Source: Antechinus flavipes
Taxonomy: Eukaryota
Reading direction: 5' to 3'
DNA: 64,000 nt
Assembly (NCBI RefSeq): GCF_016432865.1
Contig: NC_067398.1
Span: 198,586,001-198,650,000, forward strand
The notes below the pieces were generated by a model. It saw only the letters and a list, made by a program, of their open reading frames with translations. It was not told where the DNA came from and did not search any database. How positions within the stretch are numbered: the stretch's first letter is position 1; every line of letters starts with the position of its first letter. Of this stretch, positions 37,996 to 50,809 are shown piece after piece. A program made the translations under genes and the position numbers.

Positions 37996-39240
37996 GGTGT
38001 CTGGCACATAATAGATTTAATAAATAAGCATATATAAACTTTAATAAAGGCTTATTCCTTTCCTTCGCACAAACCTGATTCATCTCCAAATAGTTCCTGA
38101 AATTCCAAACTTCAGAGTTATGCTAATGTATATTTCAGGATCTCTGGTGCACTGTCACAAGCAGTATGGAAAAAAATATATTTACAGTGGAGAGGACAAA
38201 ATTACCTAAGAATTCTCTTATGACTAAAGAAAAAAGCAGCATTATATCAATAGAGTTCAATGTAAAATATATTTTAAAGAAGAAAATTTCTAAAATATGA
38301 AAAGGAGGCTTTCAGGATTATAGTACTATGCAAATGTCTTTAAATGGCCTTAGGATGCCATCATCTGTCTCCTTTACCACTCTGAGAAGCTACTTGATTC
38401 CATTTTCAGAGGGGGTTTTTTTCCTACAATTTCATTTTTCTTGATAATTTTAAAGAAATTATTCCATCTTTCTATGTTAGAAGTATTTCTTCCTGATAAT
38501 CAAATTTGAATTTCATTAGTCTTGCTAAATCTCAATGAAAAGTCATTTCAAGTCAACATGAATGTATTATTCCTGAGTAATAATATTTTTAATATTATAA
38601 GAAGTAGTTATAAATAGTATAAAGAGAACAAGAGAGAAAAAGAGTGGAGAGAGAGAGAGAGAAGTTCATATTAGGCTCATATGGTAGAAATTACATGGAA
38701 ATTGTTATTATATTTCAAATTAGAAGCTACCACGAAGTTTGCCTATCAATTAACTTTCCACATAGTCCCTTGATTCATGATTATTATTATAAATAAAATT
38801 TGGCAAAGAACAGACTAGCTTTGTATTATTCATATATGAATAATCCTGTGACTTTAGGAGGAAGTCTGCATGTCTGCCTATCATAGTTTGGTTCTTTCTC
38901 AGTGATTCATAATCAATTACAAACAAATTGGGATTTTCCCATTGCATTTCTTGAGGTATCCACTTTAACCTTCATGTAATAATTGATATAATCATTTCAT
39001 GGCCAGTGGGAACATTATTGAGATTTCATGTTTTTCAAGTCTCTGTTCAAATCACAACTGTATAATTATGATGCATTGCAGTGTTTACAAATAGGTTGAA
39101 TTCACTGTTTTCTCAGGCTCACTGGAATAGAGTATTGGAAATTTTAAATCTAGAATTTTGATGTTTCCCAGAGTAGAACTTCCTTTCTCCCGGACTTACT
39201 ATTTTAAGGAAGGGGAGGGCAGATCCTCCTCTTGTGCCCA

Positions 39241-39316
39241 GAAAAAAAAAAAAAAAAAAAACTCTTTTGATGGCATCTTTTGGCTCACATTCTGTGCTGT
39301 TTTACCTTTTTCCTCT

Positions 39317-39353
<37 letters not shown>

Positions 39354-39410
39354 TGATGGCATCCTTTGCCTCACATTCTATGCTGTTTTACCTTTTTCCT
39401 CCCCTCCCCC
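39241..39410. repeat. Tandem duplication of a poly(A) plus about 60-bp unit
   Basis: A(n)-CTCTT(TT)GATGGCATC(T/C)TTTG(G/C)CTCACATTCT(G/A)TGCTGTTTTACCTTTTTCCTC occurs twice in tandem. Confidence 0.9.
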
Positions 39411-39500
39411 AAATTTAGTTTCTAAATGCCTTGTGGTTTAGGAAATAGTGAAGCTCAACTCTAATGGTATTTATAGATTTTTATTTTATGAATTCCTTTT

Positions 39501-39680
39501 TCTTTGTTTCTTTCTTTCTTTGCTTTTTCCTTTTTTTTTTTTTTTCTGAGGCAATTGGAGTTAAATGACTTGCCCAGGGTCACATAGCTAGGACAAGTTA
39601 AGTGTCTGAGATCAGATTTGAACTCAGATCTTCCTGACTGCAGGACTGGTGCTCTATCCACTGCACCACTTAGCTACCTC
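39501..39680 (-). mobile_element. WSINE1-type SINE with a 15-bp TSD
   Basis: ctgaggcaattggagttaaatgacttgcccagggtcac...tctatccactgcaccacttagctacc; flanks TTATGAATTCCTTTT (39486-39500) and TTATAAATTCCTTTT (39681-39695). Confidence 0.92.
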
Positions 39681-41017
39681 TTATAAATTCCTTTTTTAAA
39701 CCATTTGTATCTTTCCTGCACAATGAAAACAGGAACATTTCAGTGTTTATTGACATGTAAATGTTTCAATCAAATTGTATCTTATGACACAGTACTACAA
39801 TAATAAAAATGTCCAATTATTTTGAGTCACTAGGGACAAGCCCCTAATAAATTTATATGAATTTGAGATCTGCCTATACATTCCAAAATATTTTATTTTT
39901 AATCTATCATAGCTTATTTGGATCCTATGGTGATTATAACCCATTAGGCAAACACATCAGTTTAATAAGTATGATTAAATATATTTTATGTGAAAGAAAT
40001 TAGAAATACAAAGGTGAAGATACTGCCAAAAGGAGGCAATCAGCAAATGATTTTGTATGTAAGCTTCAGGGAGCTATCTGAGGCACATAGAGATTAGGTG
40101 AGTTGCTTGGAGCTATATAGCTAATACCTTTTGTAAGTCAATATTTGAACCTAGGTCTTCCTGATTCTAAGCCCAAAACTATTCACTGTCATATGGTCTC
40201 TATACAACTTTAGAGGGAAAAGAAGTGACATGTAATTGAGACTGAAGTTGTTTATTTTTTTCAGAGTTCAGGATTATGATATCATGTTGCATTGTTAAAT
40301 GCTTTGAACTTGATACTTAAATTTAATTATACAAGTTTCAAAACTAAGACTGAGAAGTTTTAGACATGAGAGGTCAAGAGCTAAATTGGCAGGTTCTTAA
40401 CACACAGCTAATGGAATTCATTTATTTTCCTCTGTTATTAGGTATTTAGAATATCCTCTTAAGTGCTCGTGCTAAAAAACAAAATCTTTTTTTTTGTTCA
40501 GCAATGAATTCACCTTCCACTTGAACCAGAATGACAAACTATAGTTTATCTGTAGAACTATCAAAATGTTCTAATATCATATTTCTTGCACAGACTTTTC
40601 TCTATTAGTTTATTTAGTCCAAATTCTGATGACTTTGGTTGATTATTGGTAGTCTTAAGAGAACAGAGCTATCTAAGTTTCAATGTTCCCTTATAAAAGA
40701 GCAAAACCAAAACTAATCAAGAGGAATTGGAGCAATGTTAATGGATACAGGAATTTTTTGTATAAAAAGAACATCAGTGACTAAAGTCTGGTGTTTATTG
40801 CTCAACATAGACTCTTGTCTTTGAACATAGAAAGCAAATTAATTTGGTGCTTTGTATACAAGCAGACAAGACAATCCCTGTTCTCAAGTAGCACTAACAT
40901 TATAATGATAGAAGAAAACATATTAGAGAGGGCCAGAAAACAGCTGCAGAGTTGGATTTGGTGACTGGGAACAGAGATGGAGTTTTGCTTTGGGGAAAGA
41001 TAAAGCAAGAGCCCAGA

Positions 41018-41117
41018 ATGATTCCAGGAACAGAATCTAAGTTTCTGGTTAGAACAATGTTAGGATGATGATTCCAGGAGCAAAGTCTAAGTTTCTGGTT
41101 AGGAGAATGTTAGGATG
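41018..41117. repeat. 50-bp tandem duplication inside an old L2-like segment
   Basis: ATGATTCCAGGA(A/G)CA(G/A)A(A/G)TCTAAGTTTCTGGTTAG(A/G)A(C/G)AATGTTAGGATG occurs twice. Confidence 0.9.
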
Positions 41118-41635
41118 ATGGAAGGAGAGGAGGTGTCATGGTTTGGAGCTGGTTTCTGAAATTTCTGCACAAAAAGAACAATTTCAAGACTTTGAAAAAT
41201 AGTGTAACTTAGAACTTGTATCAAGAAAATGATCATTACTGAAAACCAACTACATTCACCATCAAAAGGTCTGGTGACCATGAGACATGTCTACACATAA
41301 ACCAGAGTTTTTTGTTTTGATATGGGTTGTGACTGAATGTGTATGAAAACCAAGTATAGACTAACAACAATCAACTCATTTATGTTTTGACTAGTGACAA
41401 ATTAGAAATATCTAGAAACAACACTAGCCAACTATTAATTCAGCATCTACTATTGGTCAGGGGGGGACTAATGTGAGAGGAAATATTTTATCCTCAATGT
41501 TACTAGAGCTTTGGTGAGGGCTATAGATTTTACCCCAGACATAAATTCAAATCCCATCTCAGATATTTACTAGCTGTGTGACCCTTAACTCTGTCTAAAT
41601 TTCCTCATCTGTAAAATGAAGTGGAGAAAAAATGG

Positions 41636-42485
41636 AAAAACTACTATAGTATGGTTTGGGAGGCCCTTTGTGATGAAGAGGGGGAGATGAAGAGGGGACT
41701 ACTTTTTCTGCATGATGTGGACTTGCTGCCTAAAAAAGATCACAATATTTATGGCAGTGGCCATGGGGAGGGGGGTGCCATGAACAAGTTTGGATATAAC
41801 CTCTATAACCTCAATACTTTGGGAGGGTCACAGCTCTTATTCCATATCAGTACCTGAAGATGAATGGTTTCCCCCATGAATACCGGGGTTATGATAGAGA
41901 AGCTTTCAATATTGTTGGCAGAGTTCATCTAACTGAGATGAAGATCTCTGGCCACCCATCTCTGTGGGACGAAGGAAATGAAAAGAACTCCCATAGGTTT
42001 GACCTTTTGATCTAGATGCAACATTCATGGATTCAGGATGACATACCAATTGCTGGTTCAAGAATTGGGCCCACTTTCTGCCAATATTACAGCAGACACT
42101 GGGGTTGATCCCCATTTCTCCAGCCTCCCTCAGGTGCCAAATTCCTACCTGGTGCCACTCAGGCCTTTTGTCATAATATGTAATGCTGATTCTCCACCTC
42201 TGTTAATACTCCTACTCCCTCCTCACTCTCCATCCCAAAAGAGGCTCAGATATGACCCTTTTCCCTGGGCCCCTGTGAATATTTGTTTTATTTATGGCCC
42301 CTGGGGGAATGTCAGTTAAGAAGGGTGTGATTCCTCCCCTTCAGGATTCTCTTTTGGGCTTTCTCTCTCTCCACCAGGTCTGTCTGGGATTTTTTATATT
42401 TTTATATTTTTTCCAATAATGGACTCTGTTGTATTTCTCTTTTAAAAAACAAAAAAGAAACGAAGAAAAAAAAAAGAAAAAGAAA
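41636..42485 (+). pseudogene. B4GALT3: Processed (retro)pseudogene of beta-1,4-galactosyltransferase 3, 5'-truncated, with frameshifts
   Basis: Peptides EALCDEE, LFLHDVDLLPKKDHNIY, AMNKFGY, QYLKMNGFPHEY, MKIS, GNEKNSHRFDLL, TYQLLVQELGPLSANITADTG match B4GALT3 rather than other B4GALTs; contiguous with no introns; 3' UTR and A-rich tail at 42444-42485. Confidence 0.92.
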
Positions 42486-43440
42486 TTCAGATTCAGGGAG
42501 TCAAACTGTTTTAAAGTTCATAATTCCCTGCATGGGGAACTTCTGAGCCTCCTCAAACCAAAGGACAAATTTGATATCAAAGAAAGAAGTCAGGACAGAC
42601 GTTCCATTATGATTATATGAATAGTTTAATAATTATGTGGATACTTACAAATAAGGTCTCTCTGTGGTGACCACTAGATAATTCAGTGGATCAGGATTCC
42701 TGGAAAAATCCCCCAAAAGTGTCATGATAATTATAAAAATCAAAGGGAGGAGGAGTTATAGAGCATTATAGCACATATTAGTGTAGTTTGGCTAATGTTC
42801 TGATTTACTGCTGGGTATTGGGCTTGATTCCCAGGACCTGGGCAGCAATCCAGCACAGGTGGTTAGATGTCCACACACTCAATGCCATGTGCTAGTCAGT
42901 TTGAGTAAATTCCTAGACACACATAAGATTATTTACTGGACGTTTTGTCCTTACAATGGCTTTCAACCTCGTCCCTACCTTGGGATGACTTTGCCAATTA
43001 GGACCCCGCACAAGCCTAGAACTCTGTTATGATAATATTTAGCTCATACCATTAACTAATTAAGGTATAAGGACAGAAAGATCATCAGGTCACAGAAGAG
43101 CTAGCTCCTTTCAATCTGTGATTGTCCTAACTTGTGAAGTTATAGGTGGACCAAGAGAAGTGTTTAATACATAAATAAATATGATGATAATATTAAACAT
43201 TGTCCATATAACATCTTCTTTGTTGTATATGTGTCCTACTACACATCTTAATGTATGTTGTATATGTCTATTATTGCACATCTTCAATATTTCATATTTT
43301 AGGTTGTGTTTCAGCTTTATTTTTATGTTATATTTCTTTGGCCATGTGTTATTATAATGTTTTGCTCTTGGATTATTTTCACATATGCTTATGATTATAT
43401 CTGTCCCCTTCTGTTTGACTTCTTGCTCTCATTATTCAAA

Positions 43441-44659
43441 TGAAACTACTTTCTCAAAGTTATAGATGATCTCCTAATTGCCTATTCTCTCTGCATATTC
43501 TGACACTTTCAGCAGTTCTCTTTGCCTTAACATTCTCTTATCTTTCTCTGTCTCCTCTTATGCATTTTCATCCAGTCAAGTCTACTAACTGTGAATACCT
43601 ACCAAGACTTTGTCCTGGACCTTCTTCCCTTCTTCCCTTCTTCCTTATTATATTCCACTTGGAGATCTCATCAGCAACCAGGATTCAGTTATCATCTCTG
43701 TGAAAATTATTCTCAGATAGTCCTTACCTGTTTCCTAAATGCTTAGTGGATATTTTGAATTGTATGTCCCATAGATATCTTAAACTTAAAATACCCCAAA
43801 TCAAATATGTTATTTTTCCTTCACAACACTCTCCACTCCCACTCCTGCTGCCATCCCTAAAACTGTCAAAGGTACCATTATCATTCCAGTAACACAGGCT
43901 CACAAGCTCAGTCTTATCTTTGACTTGATCAATAACACTCACTCCACTTACCCAATCTATGCCCTTTCATTTCTACCTTCTGATCACTTTGCATGCATGT
44001 CCCCTTATTTTCTATCACAATGTTACCCCACTTGTTCTGGCCCTTATTGCCTAATGCCTAAATTCCTGCAATAACTTTATAATTTATTTCCCTGCCTCAA
44101 GTATCTTCTCACTCCAATCCATTCTTTACTCACCTATCTGAGTGATCTTCTTAAAGCTGAAGTCTATGTCATGCTCTTCTTAATAAACTCCAGGAGCTCC
44201 AGATTACCTCCAGGATCAAATATAAAATCCTCTGTTTGACTTCTAAAGCCTTTCATGATTTGGTTATTTTTTTTTTAATATTTATTTCTCTTCCCCTTTA
44301 TCTATGATCCAGGGACACAGGTTTCCTTGCAGTTCTTTGCAATATGACACTTCTTATCCTAATTCTGTGAATTTTCACTAGCTAGCCTCCATGTATAGAA
44401 GAGGCTTTCCCTCCTCACCCTTGCATATTAATTTTTCTGCCTTCCTTCAAGTGTCAGCAAAATCCCACCTTCTACAAGAAGCCTTTCTTTTAATGCAGCA
44501 CCTTCCCTCAAAGCAATCTCCAACTTATTCTTTTATATCTTGTTCATAAGTAGTTATTTGCATATTGTCTCCACATTAGAATGTGAGCACCTTGAGAGCA
44601 CTTAACACAATGTCCATCACAAACTAAGTACTTAATAAATTCTTGTTGAATGACTGACT
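43441..44659 (+). mobile_element. L2 LINE (RT fragment and 3' UTR)
   Basis: ttctcaaagttatagatgatctcctaattgcc (ETALLKVTNDLL-like) through cacttaacacaatg...taataaattcttgttgaatgactgact. Confidence 0.85.
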
Positions 44660-45038
44660 ATGGACCTCTTAATATTATTATAACTAGTTTTTTCTGGGGG
44701 TTTTTGGCTATATGTGATTGTTTTCTCAAATATGAAATCATAGGTCCAGATCCTATTATGATGTTATAATTAATGAATCTAGGCTTCTTTTATAAATGAT
44801 AATCAGAAGGCCATAAAAATCCTTAGTGTGATTAATGATGTCAGCATATAAAAATTGGGAAGAGAAATTAATTTTACCTTTTAAAAGACAGAAACATAGT
44901 CTGTCATTGTCTATTTGAAATATAGAAATACGTCAGTTTCTGCTTTTTGGAGAGAACATAAGGAAGAGGGGAGGAAAGACCCCTCTTTAAAATCCAACAA
45001 GAGAAAGGTAGCTCTCGAACTAAAGTCATATCCTAGAC

Positions 45039-45538
45039 CAGGACTTTTTAAACTTTTCCCACTCGTGACCTTTTTCTCCCAATAAATTTTTATGTGACCA
45101 TGGGTACATAGGTATATAAAATAGCCATACGAATCAAACATTTACTGATAATAAATCATAAAGAAATTTAATTTGAAGTGATTCTTTGGTGTACATATAA
45201 TTTTGTCATTTATTAAAGATGAAAGCAAGTTTACATACTGATGAAATAGATATGCTTGTTTATTTTTAAATTAAGAATTAAATCATGGTAGTATATTCGA
45301 TACTGTAGGATGTAAAGCATTCAGCAGTTTAAGAAACTTTGCCCAGAGATGTCAAAACATGTGATTGCTGACTATAACTTGCAAAACAGATTAAAATGTA
45401 ATAAAAATTTTAAAAAAATTTAAAAATACAATAAAAGATAAATGTGTCAATATGTGCTTTTCTAAGTTAATATGCATCCATGGGGATCTTTACATATGCT
45501 TTAGTAGCCTCTGTTTCTATTTGAGTTTGATGTCACTA
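45039..45538 (+). mobile_element. Non-autonomous hAT-Charlie DNA transposon (Charlie4-like)
   Basis: Starts caggactttttaaacttttcccactcgtgacc, ends tctatttgagtttgatgtcacta; 8-bp TSD TCCTAGAC / CCCTAGAT with the CTAG core typical of Charlie targets. Confidence 0.8.
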
Positions 45539-45731
45539 CCCTAGATCACTTAGAAAATAATTAAGGCAAATGTAATTGTAAGAGGGAAAAAAAAATTCCT
45601 TGGAGGTGGGGTAGGGAAGGAAGTTCTGTAAGTTTGAACTTTGAAGCAACATATGTTGGGGGTCACTTGAAGCTCTGTTCAAGGTTCTAGGCTTTCTCCT
45701 ATAGATCACATTAAAAGTACTGAAGAAGCTT

Positions 45732-45906
45732 TAGCGACAGGGCGGTGTATACAAAGGGCAGGGACTTAATGAACCCAATTTCTGGGAATTTCTTGTTCAG
45801 GGGGAATAAGTGCAATCCCCATCGCCATCACAAATGGGGTTCAACGGGTTACCTGCGCTGGCCGACCCTGTAGAGTAAGCACACGCGGAGCCAGTCAGTG
45901 TAGCGC
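45732..45906 (-). pseudogene. 18S rRNA fragment (3' part), decayed, with internal deletions
   Basis: Plus strand tagcgacagggcggtgtatacaaagggcagggacttaat...gggaataagtgcaatcccc...aatggggttcaacgggttacc...gagccagtcagtgtagcgc is the reverse complement of vertebrate 18S (universal GTACACACCGCCCGTCGCTA motif). Confidence 0.93.
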
Positions 45907-45914
45907 CGGGTACA

Positions 45915-46657
45915 TGTAACAAGTTGGGCTGCCCACTGGGGGTCACCTAACTAGTTAGTAGGCCACAGTCTTATTCGTTATCGGAATAGGGCACCTTCCA
46001 TAGGGGTCAGCCCTATACCTCATGGACACATGTAATGGGCTAAGGCTCGAGTTGATGCACTGAGGTCCCAACCACGTGAGGCTAAATAGTAATTGGACCA
46101 TATTCTAGTAATATATAAGCTTGGAGAAAGAATGGCCCCGCCCACTCTTTGTGCAAGTCCTGATGTGTTGTATAGGAAATGACGATTTTGGTGGGTGGAG
46201 GCAGAGGGGCAGAGAAAGAAGCAAAAAGAGACTGCTGGCTGGCTTCTTGTAGCAGCTGCTCACATTGCTATGGCGATCCCCCTTCACCTCCGATACCCCT
46301 TCACCTCCGATTCTTCACCTCTACTGAGAATAAAGATTGAAGATTTTCCCTTAACCTGAATTCCTGACTCCAGCTGATTTTAAATATGCGGTCATCACAG
46401 ACCCCGACCCTGCTTCCTCTTCCTCCAGCCACCCTCACCCCTGTTATAAAAGTCACAGCCGTGCAGTTGTGTCCTTTCTCAGCCATCTGCTTCTCTGAGT
46501 CAGTGTGGCTTTGGCTGAATCTTCTATTCAGGTGCAGGTTCTGGGGGTAGGGCCTTTTATCTCTGCATTTGAGGGATCAGAGATCTAAGATTAATAAATT
46601 GTTTTCCTTTGTCAGTCGGTGTATTTCTAAAGGGCCCTTGGGAATTGCTCTCAGACA
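45915..46657 (+). mobile_element. Probable outer solo LTR split by the inner LTR
   Basis: tgtaac start, TATAAAAG at about 46445, AATAAA at about 46594, ...tcagaca end; 5' boundary uncertain because it may overlap degraded 18S sequence. Confidence 0.5.
46031..46399 (+). mobile_element. Solo LTR (family X, copy 2)
   Basis: tgtaatgggctaaggctcgagttgatgcactgaggtccc...ttaacctgaattcctgactccagctgattttaaat...atcaca; near-identical to 18482-18889 outside a variable central tract. Confidence 0.9.
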
Positions 46658-46779
46658 GTCAGAAATATGAAATATTATCATTAATGTAAATTAGTCCTTG
46701 TCTAGACTGTATGATTTCTTGTGAAGTGTAGTTCTACTAAGCCCTTCTTTCTCTTTGTATAGCCACTAATGAGAAGTAA

Positions 46780-47993
46780 TTACTTTCAAACATATGAAAG
46801 ATTGTTCCGAATCACCAATCATAAGATAAGTGCAGATTAAAACAACTCAGAGATTTCATCTTGCACATTAAGAGAGATGACAAAAAATGGAAATAGTCGA
46901 TGTTTGGGGTCTGTGAGAAGGCAGGCACACCAATCCACAACTGATGGAGCTTTGATTTAGTTGTATCATTTTGGAAAACAATTCAGTATTATGAGAGAAA
47001 AATAATGACTACAATCCATATCCTTTAAAAAAGAAATTCCAGTGTTGGGCATTTACCGCAGGGAGATCAAAGAGAGAAAAAAAACTTTCATATACTTAAA
47101 AAAAATTTATGGCATCACTTTTGTACTTGAAGAAAAACAGGAAACAGAGTGGGTGTGCTCATTTATTAAGGAATAGTTAAATTGTAATATGTGAGCAAAA
47201 TGTAATATTATGACATCCCAATTTAAAATGAAGAAACAGTCAATGTGCTGTAAAGCCTAAAGAAAGAGTTGGTCTTAGAGCTATGAAAATCTGGATTCAA
47301 TTATCATCTCTGAAATATTCTAACTGTGGGACCTTGTCTTTTTAACTTTGCTGTTTAGGGCTTTACATAGCTATTTAAAACTAAATTGCAGAGAAGGTGT
47401 CAGTCTGTATTAAAAATTTCCCTCATCTGGAACTAAGAATGGTTTTAATTTTCCTATCTATTAAAATGATTTGGGAAAAAAATCATATGACTAATGTATT
47501 TCTTCTTTTGAGAAATGTCTTCATATCCTTTTACTATTAATTTATTGGACAATGGCTTTTGTCTTATGTATTGATATCAACTTCTTATATATTTGGGATA
47601 TCAGTCCTTTATCAGAGAAATCTGCATCAAAGATTTTTCTTCCACTTAACATTTATTGACATAATCATGTGATTTTTATTATTTTTGTTATTAATATGGT
47701 CCATTTTGTTTATAATATTCTTTATGATAAATCAACCTCACATGTTTTAAATCTATCTTGTTCATGAACTTTTTACTATGTTATTATAGGTTCTTTTTTA
47801 ATATTTTGTTTCATATTGTTAATATTCATAGAGCTACTTGGCCATAATTTTTGCTTTATTTCTTTTTATCTTACGTATCAGCACTATATTTGTGTTTTAG
47901 GGGAAGTTTAACAGCATTCCATCGTTATCTTAAAAAGTTTATATAGAACTGGAGTTTGTTTTGTTTATATAAATCTGATAAATCCAGCTGGCC

Positions 47994-48028
<35 letters not shown>

Positions 48029-50800
48029 TATGTGTGTGTTTCCCCCCCTTGGGTTATTTTTTTCTTCTACAGGTTATTCAATTTCTTTTATGAAAGTTAT
48101 TTAAAAGTTCTGTCTTTTATGTTAATTTGTGAACATTTGCCCTTTTCATTTAAATTATTCTGTTGACTTGAAATTACAAAATAGTTTCTAATGATTTTAT
48201 TTGTTCATTTGTTGTGCTGTTGCCAACTTGGTTTTCTTCTTTTTGTGTCACATTGACAAAATGTTGACTTTGTTAGTTTATTTTTAAAATAAACTCCTAC
48301 TTTGATTTAGTAGGACTTTTGTACATATGTCTTCTTTTATTCTTCAGAATTTCTAATTTTGTGTTTATTTTAGGCTTTGCTAGGTGTTAGTTGTACATCC
48401 AGTTCACTAATCTAGTCTTTGTTTTTTTTTGATGAATGTATTTAGAGGTAGGAATTTTCCTAAAGCAATGTCCTTTTCTTTGATAAAATTATCTATTTTT
48501 CTATGACTTATTTGACATATGAATTAAGATTAAATTATTTGGCTCCCATTTAATTATGAATCCTTTAGAGGCTCTTTATTGATTATAATTTTTATTGCAT
48601 TATATTCAGTAAATGAAGTTAATAGAAATATTAACTGCATTTGCATTTTATGCTTCAACACATCAATTTTTGTAAAGCTGTCATTCATAACTGAGAAATA
48701 TGTATATTCCTTTTTACTTGCATTCCATAAGTTGCAAAAGTTCTCATATCCAACTTTTATAAAATTCTGTTCATGTCCTTAAATTCTTGTTTTTCTGTCA
48801 ATTTGTTTAGGTTTCATAGCACTATGTTGAGGTTCCTATCTATTATACTTTGGTTTTCTATTTTCTCTATAATTCAAATATTTTTTCTTTAGAATTATGC
48901 CATTTAGCATATAAATTTTATGTACAATATTTAATGTTATTATTTCATTACCTAAGTTGTCTCTAAGTATAATGCAATTTACTTTTTTACCATCTTTAGG
49001 ATTGCCTCCTTTGCTTTTTAAAACTTGGGCAAAGCATGATATATTCTGAACTCATTTTAACTTGGTATTGATCTTTTTAGTAACCAGTTTTACAATTGAT
49101 GAAAATCTGTTTTTATTCCTCACTTCCCAAACTTCGGAATAAAGAAAGCCAAAATTTCTTGTCACAAATATATATAGGCAAGTGAAAAAAATTTCCATGT
49201 TAACCATACCCAAAAATATATATTCTCAGTCTTCACTCTTAAGGTCATTCTTTCTTTCTCAGGGAGTAGCTATGTAGTACAAATCCTCTGGAATCATGTT
49301 TGGTCATTGTGTTGAGTACAAAAATCTTTTAAAGTTATTTTCTTTACATTATTTTATTATATAAATTATTTTCCTAATTTTACTCATTTTACTCTGCATC
49401 AGTTTTCACAGGTTTCTCTGAAATCTTGTCAACAATTTCTTATAGGACGATTGTTTCTATCACATTCATAATTTTAGCTCATTCATCCATTACCCATTAA
49501 TTTACAACTTAGGGTAAATTATAAATTTGTTTTGTTGTAAGTTGTAAATTACCACAAAAAGAACTGCTATGAATATTCTTGTAAATATTGGTTCTTTTTT
49601 TCTCTTTGGAATATAGTCCTTAAAGTGGTAATACTGAGTCAAAGTATACACACAGTTTAATAATATTTGGGTTACAGTTCCAAATTGCATTTAAACATGA
49701 CCAGATTAATTCAGACTGTTAATGTACTGTTTTCCCATAGCATCTAATTTTTTAAAACTGCTTTCTAGTTCCAGATAGTTTTTCTTGAACAGTGAGCTTT
49801 TACCCAACTAATCATGATCTTACTGTTGGTAGGCAGACTGAGTCAATATAATAAAAAAGTACTACCTCAATTTATTTATTAAATGTTATACCAATAAGAC
49901 TACTAAAGAATAACTTTATAACACAAAAAAATAACAAAAATCATCCACAGTTGGGGTAGGAAGAAGGACAAGATGTCAAAGGAAAAAAAGATAAGTACAG
50001 AGCTATTGATATCAGATCTCAAAATATACTACAATGTAGCAATCATCAAAATAATTTAGTTAAGAAATAAAAAGGCTTATTAATGGAAGAGGTTAAGTAC
50101 AAAATATGTAGAAGTAAATGAGCACAGTTGCCTCATGCTTGATAAAAACAAAGATGAATTGCTTTAGTTTATGGTTTTTAAATATATATTTTTATTTCAT
50201 TAAATTATTTCCAATTATACTAACATTCATTTTAAAAAATTTAGTTTCCAAAATCTTTCCCTCTGTTCAATCCCTACCTTACCTCTTGAGAAGTTAAGCA
50301 ATATGATATCAATTATACATCTGAATTCATATAAAACAAGTTTCTATATTAACCACATTGCAAAAGAAAACACATACACATATACACAAATCCAAGAAAA
50401 ATAAAGTGAAAAAATTAGCTTCAATCTGTTGTTGAAGTTCATCAGGAATCTCTCTGGAGGCAGAATAGCATTTTTCACTATGGGTCTTTTGGAATTGTCT
50501 TGGATCATTGTCTTGATCTAAGTAGCTAAGTTTTTCACATTGCTGCTACTGTGTACAATGTTCTTTTGATTCTTCTGTTCTCTTCATTTTGCCTCAGCAA
50601 ATATAAGACTTCGCAGGTTTTTTTCTTATACTATTATGCTTATCAATTCTTTTAGCACAATAGTATTCTATTACAATCATATACCACAACTTGCTCAATC
50701 ATTCCCTATTTGATAAGCACTCCCTTCATTTATAATTCTTTGTCACCACAAACAGAGCAGGTAGAAATATTTTTGTGCTGCATATATTTATATATATACC
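46780..50800. mobile_element. Mosaic of old L1 fragments in both orientations, a MIR near 47240-47470 and a (TG)n tract at 47996-48040
   Basis: Scattered L1 ORF2-end and 3' UTR motifs (e.g. aagaactgctatgaatattcttgta, gacccagtaatacc-like) and MIR core; individual boundaries not resolved. Confidence 0.6.
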
Positions 50801-50809
50801 CATGTTTAA

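Noticed and set aside
45732-45906. Functional rRNA gene or contaminant
   Set aside because: It is short, mutated at universally conserved positions, has internal deletions and is embedded in host repeats.
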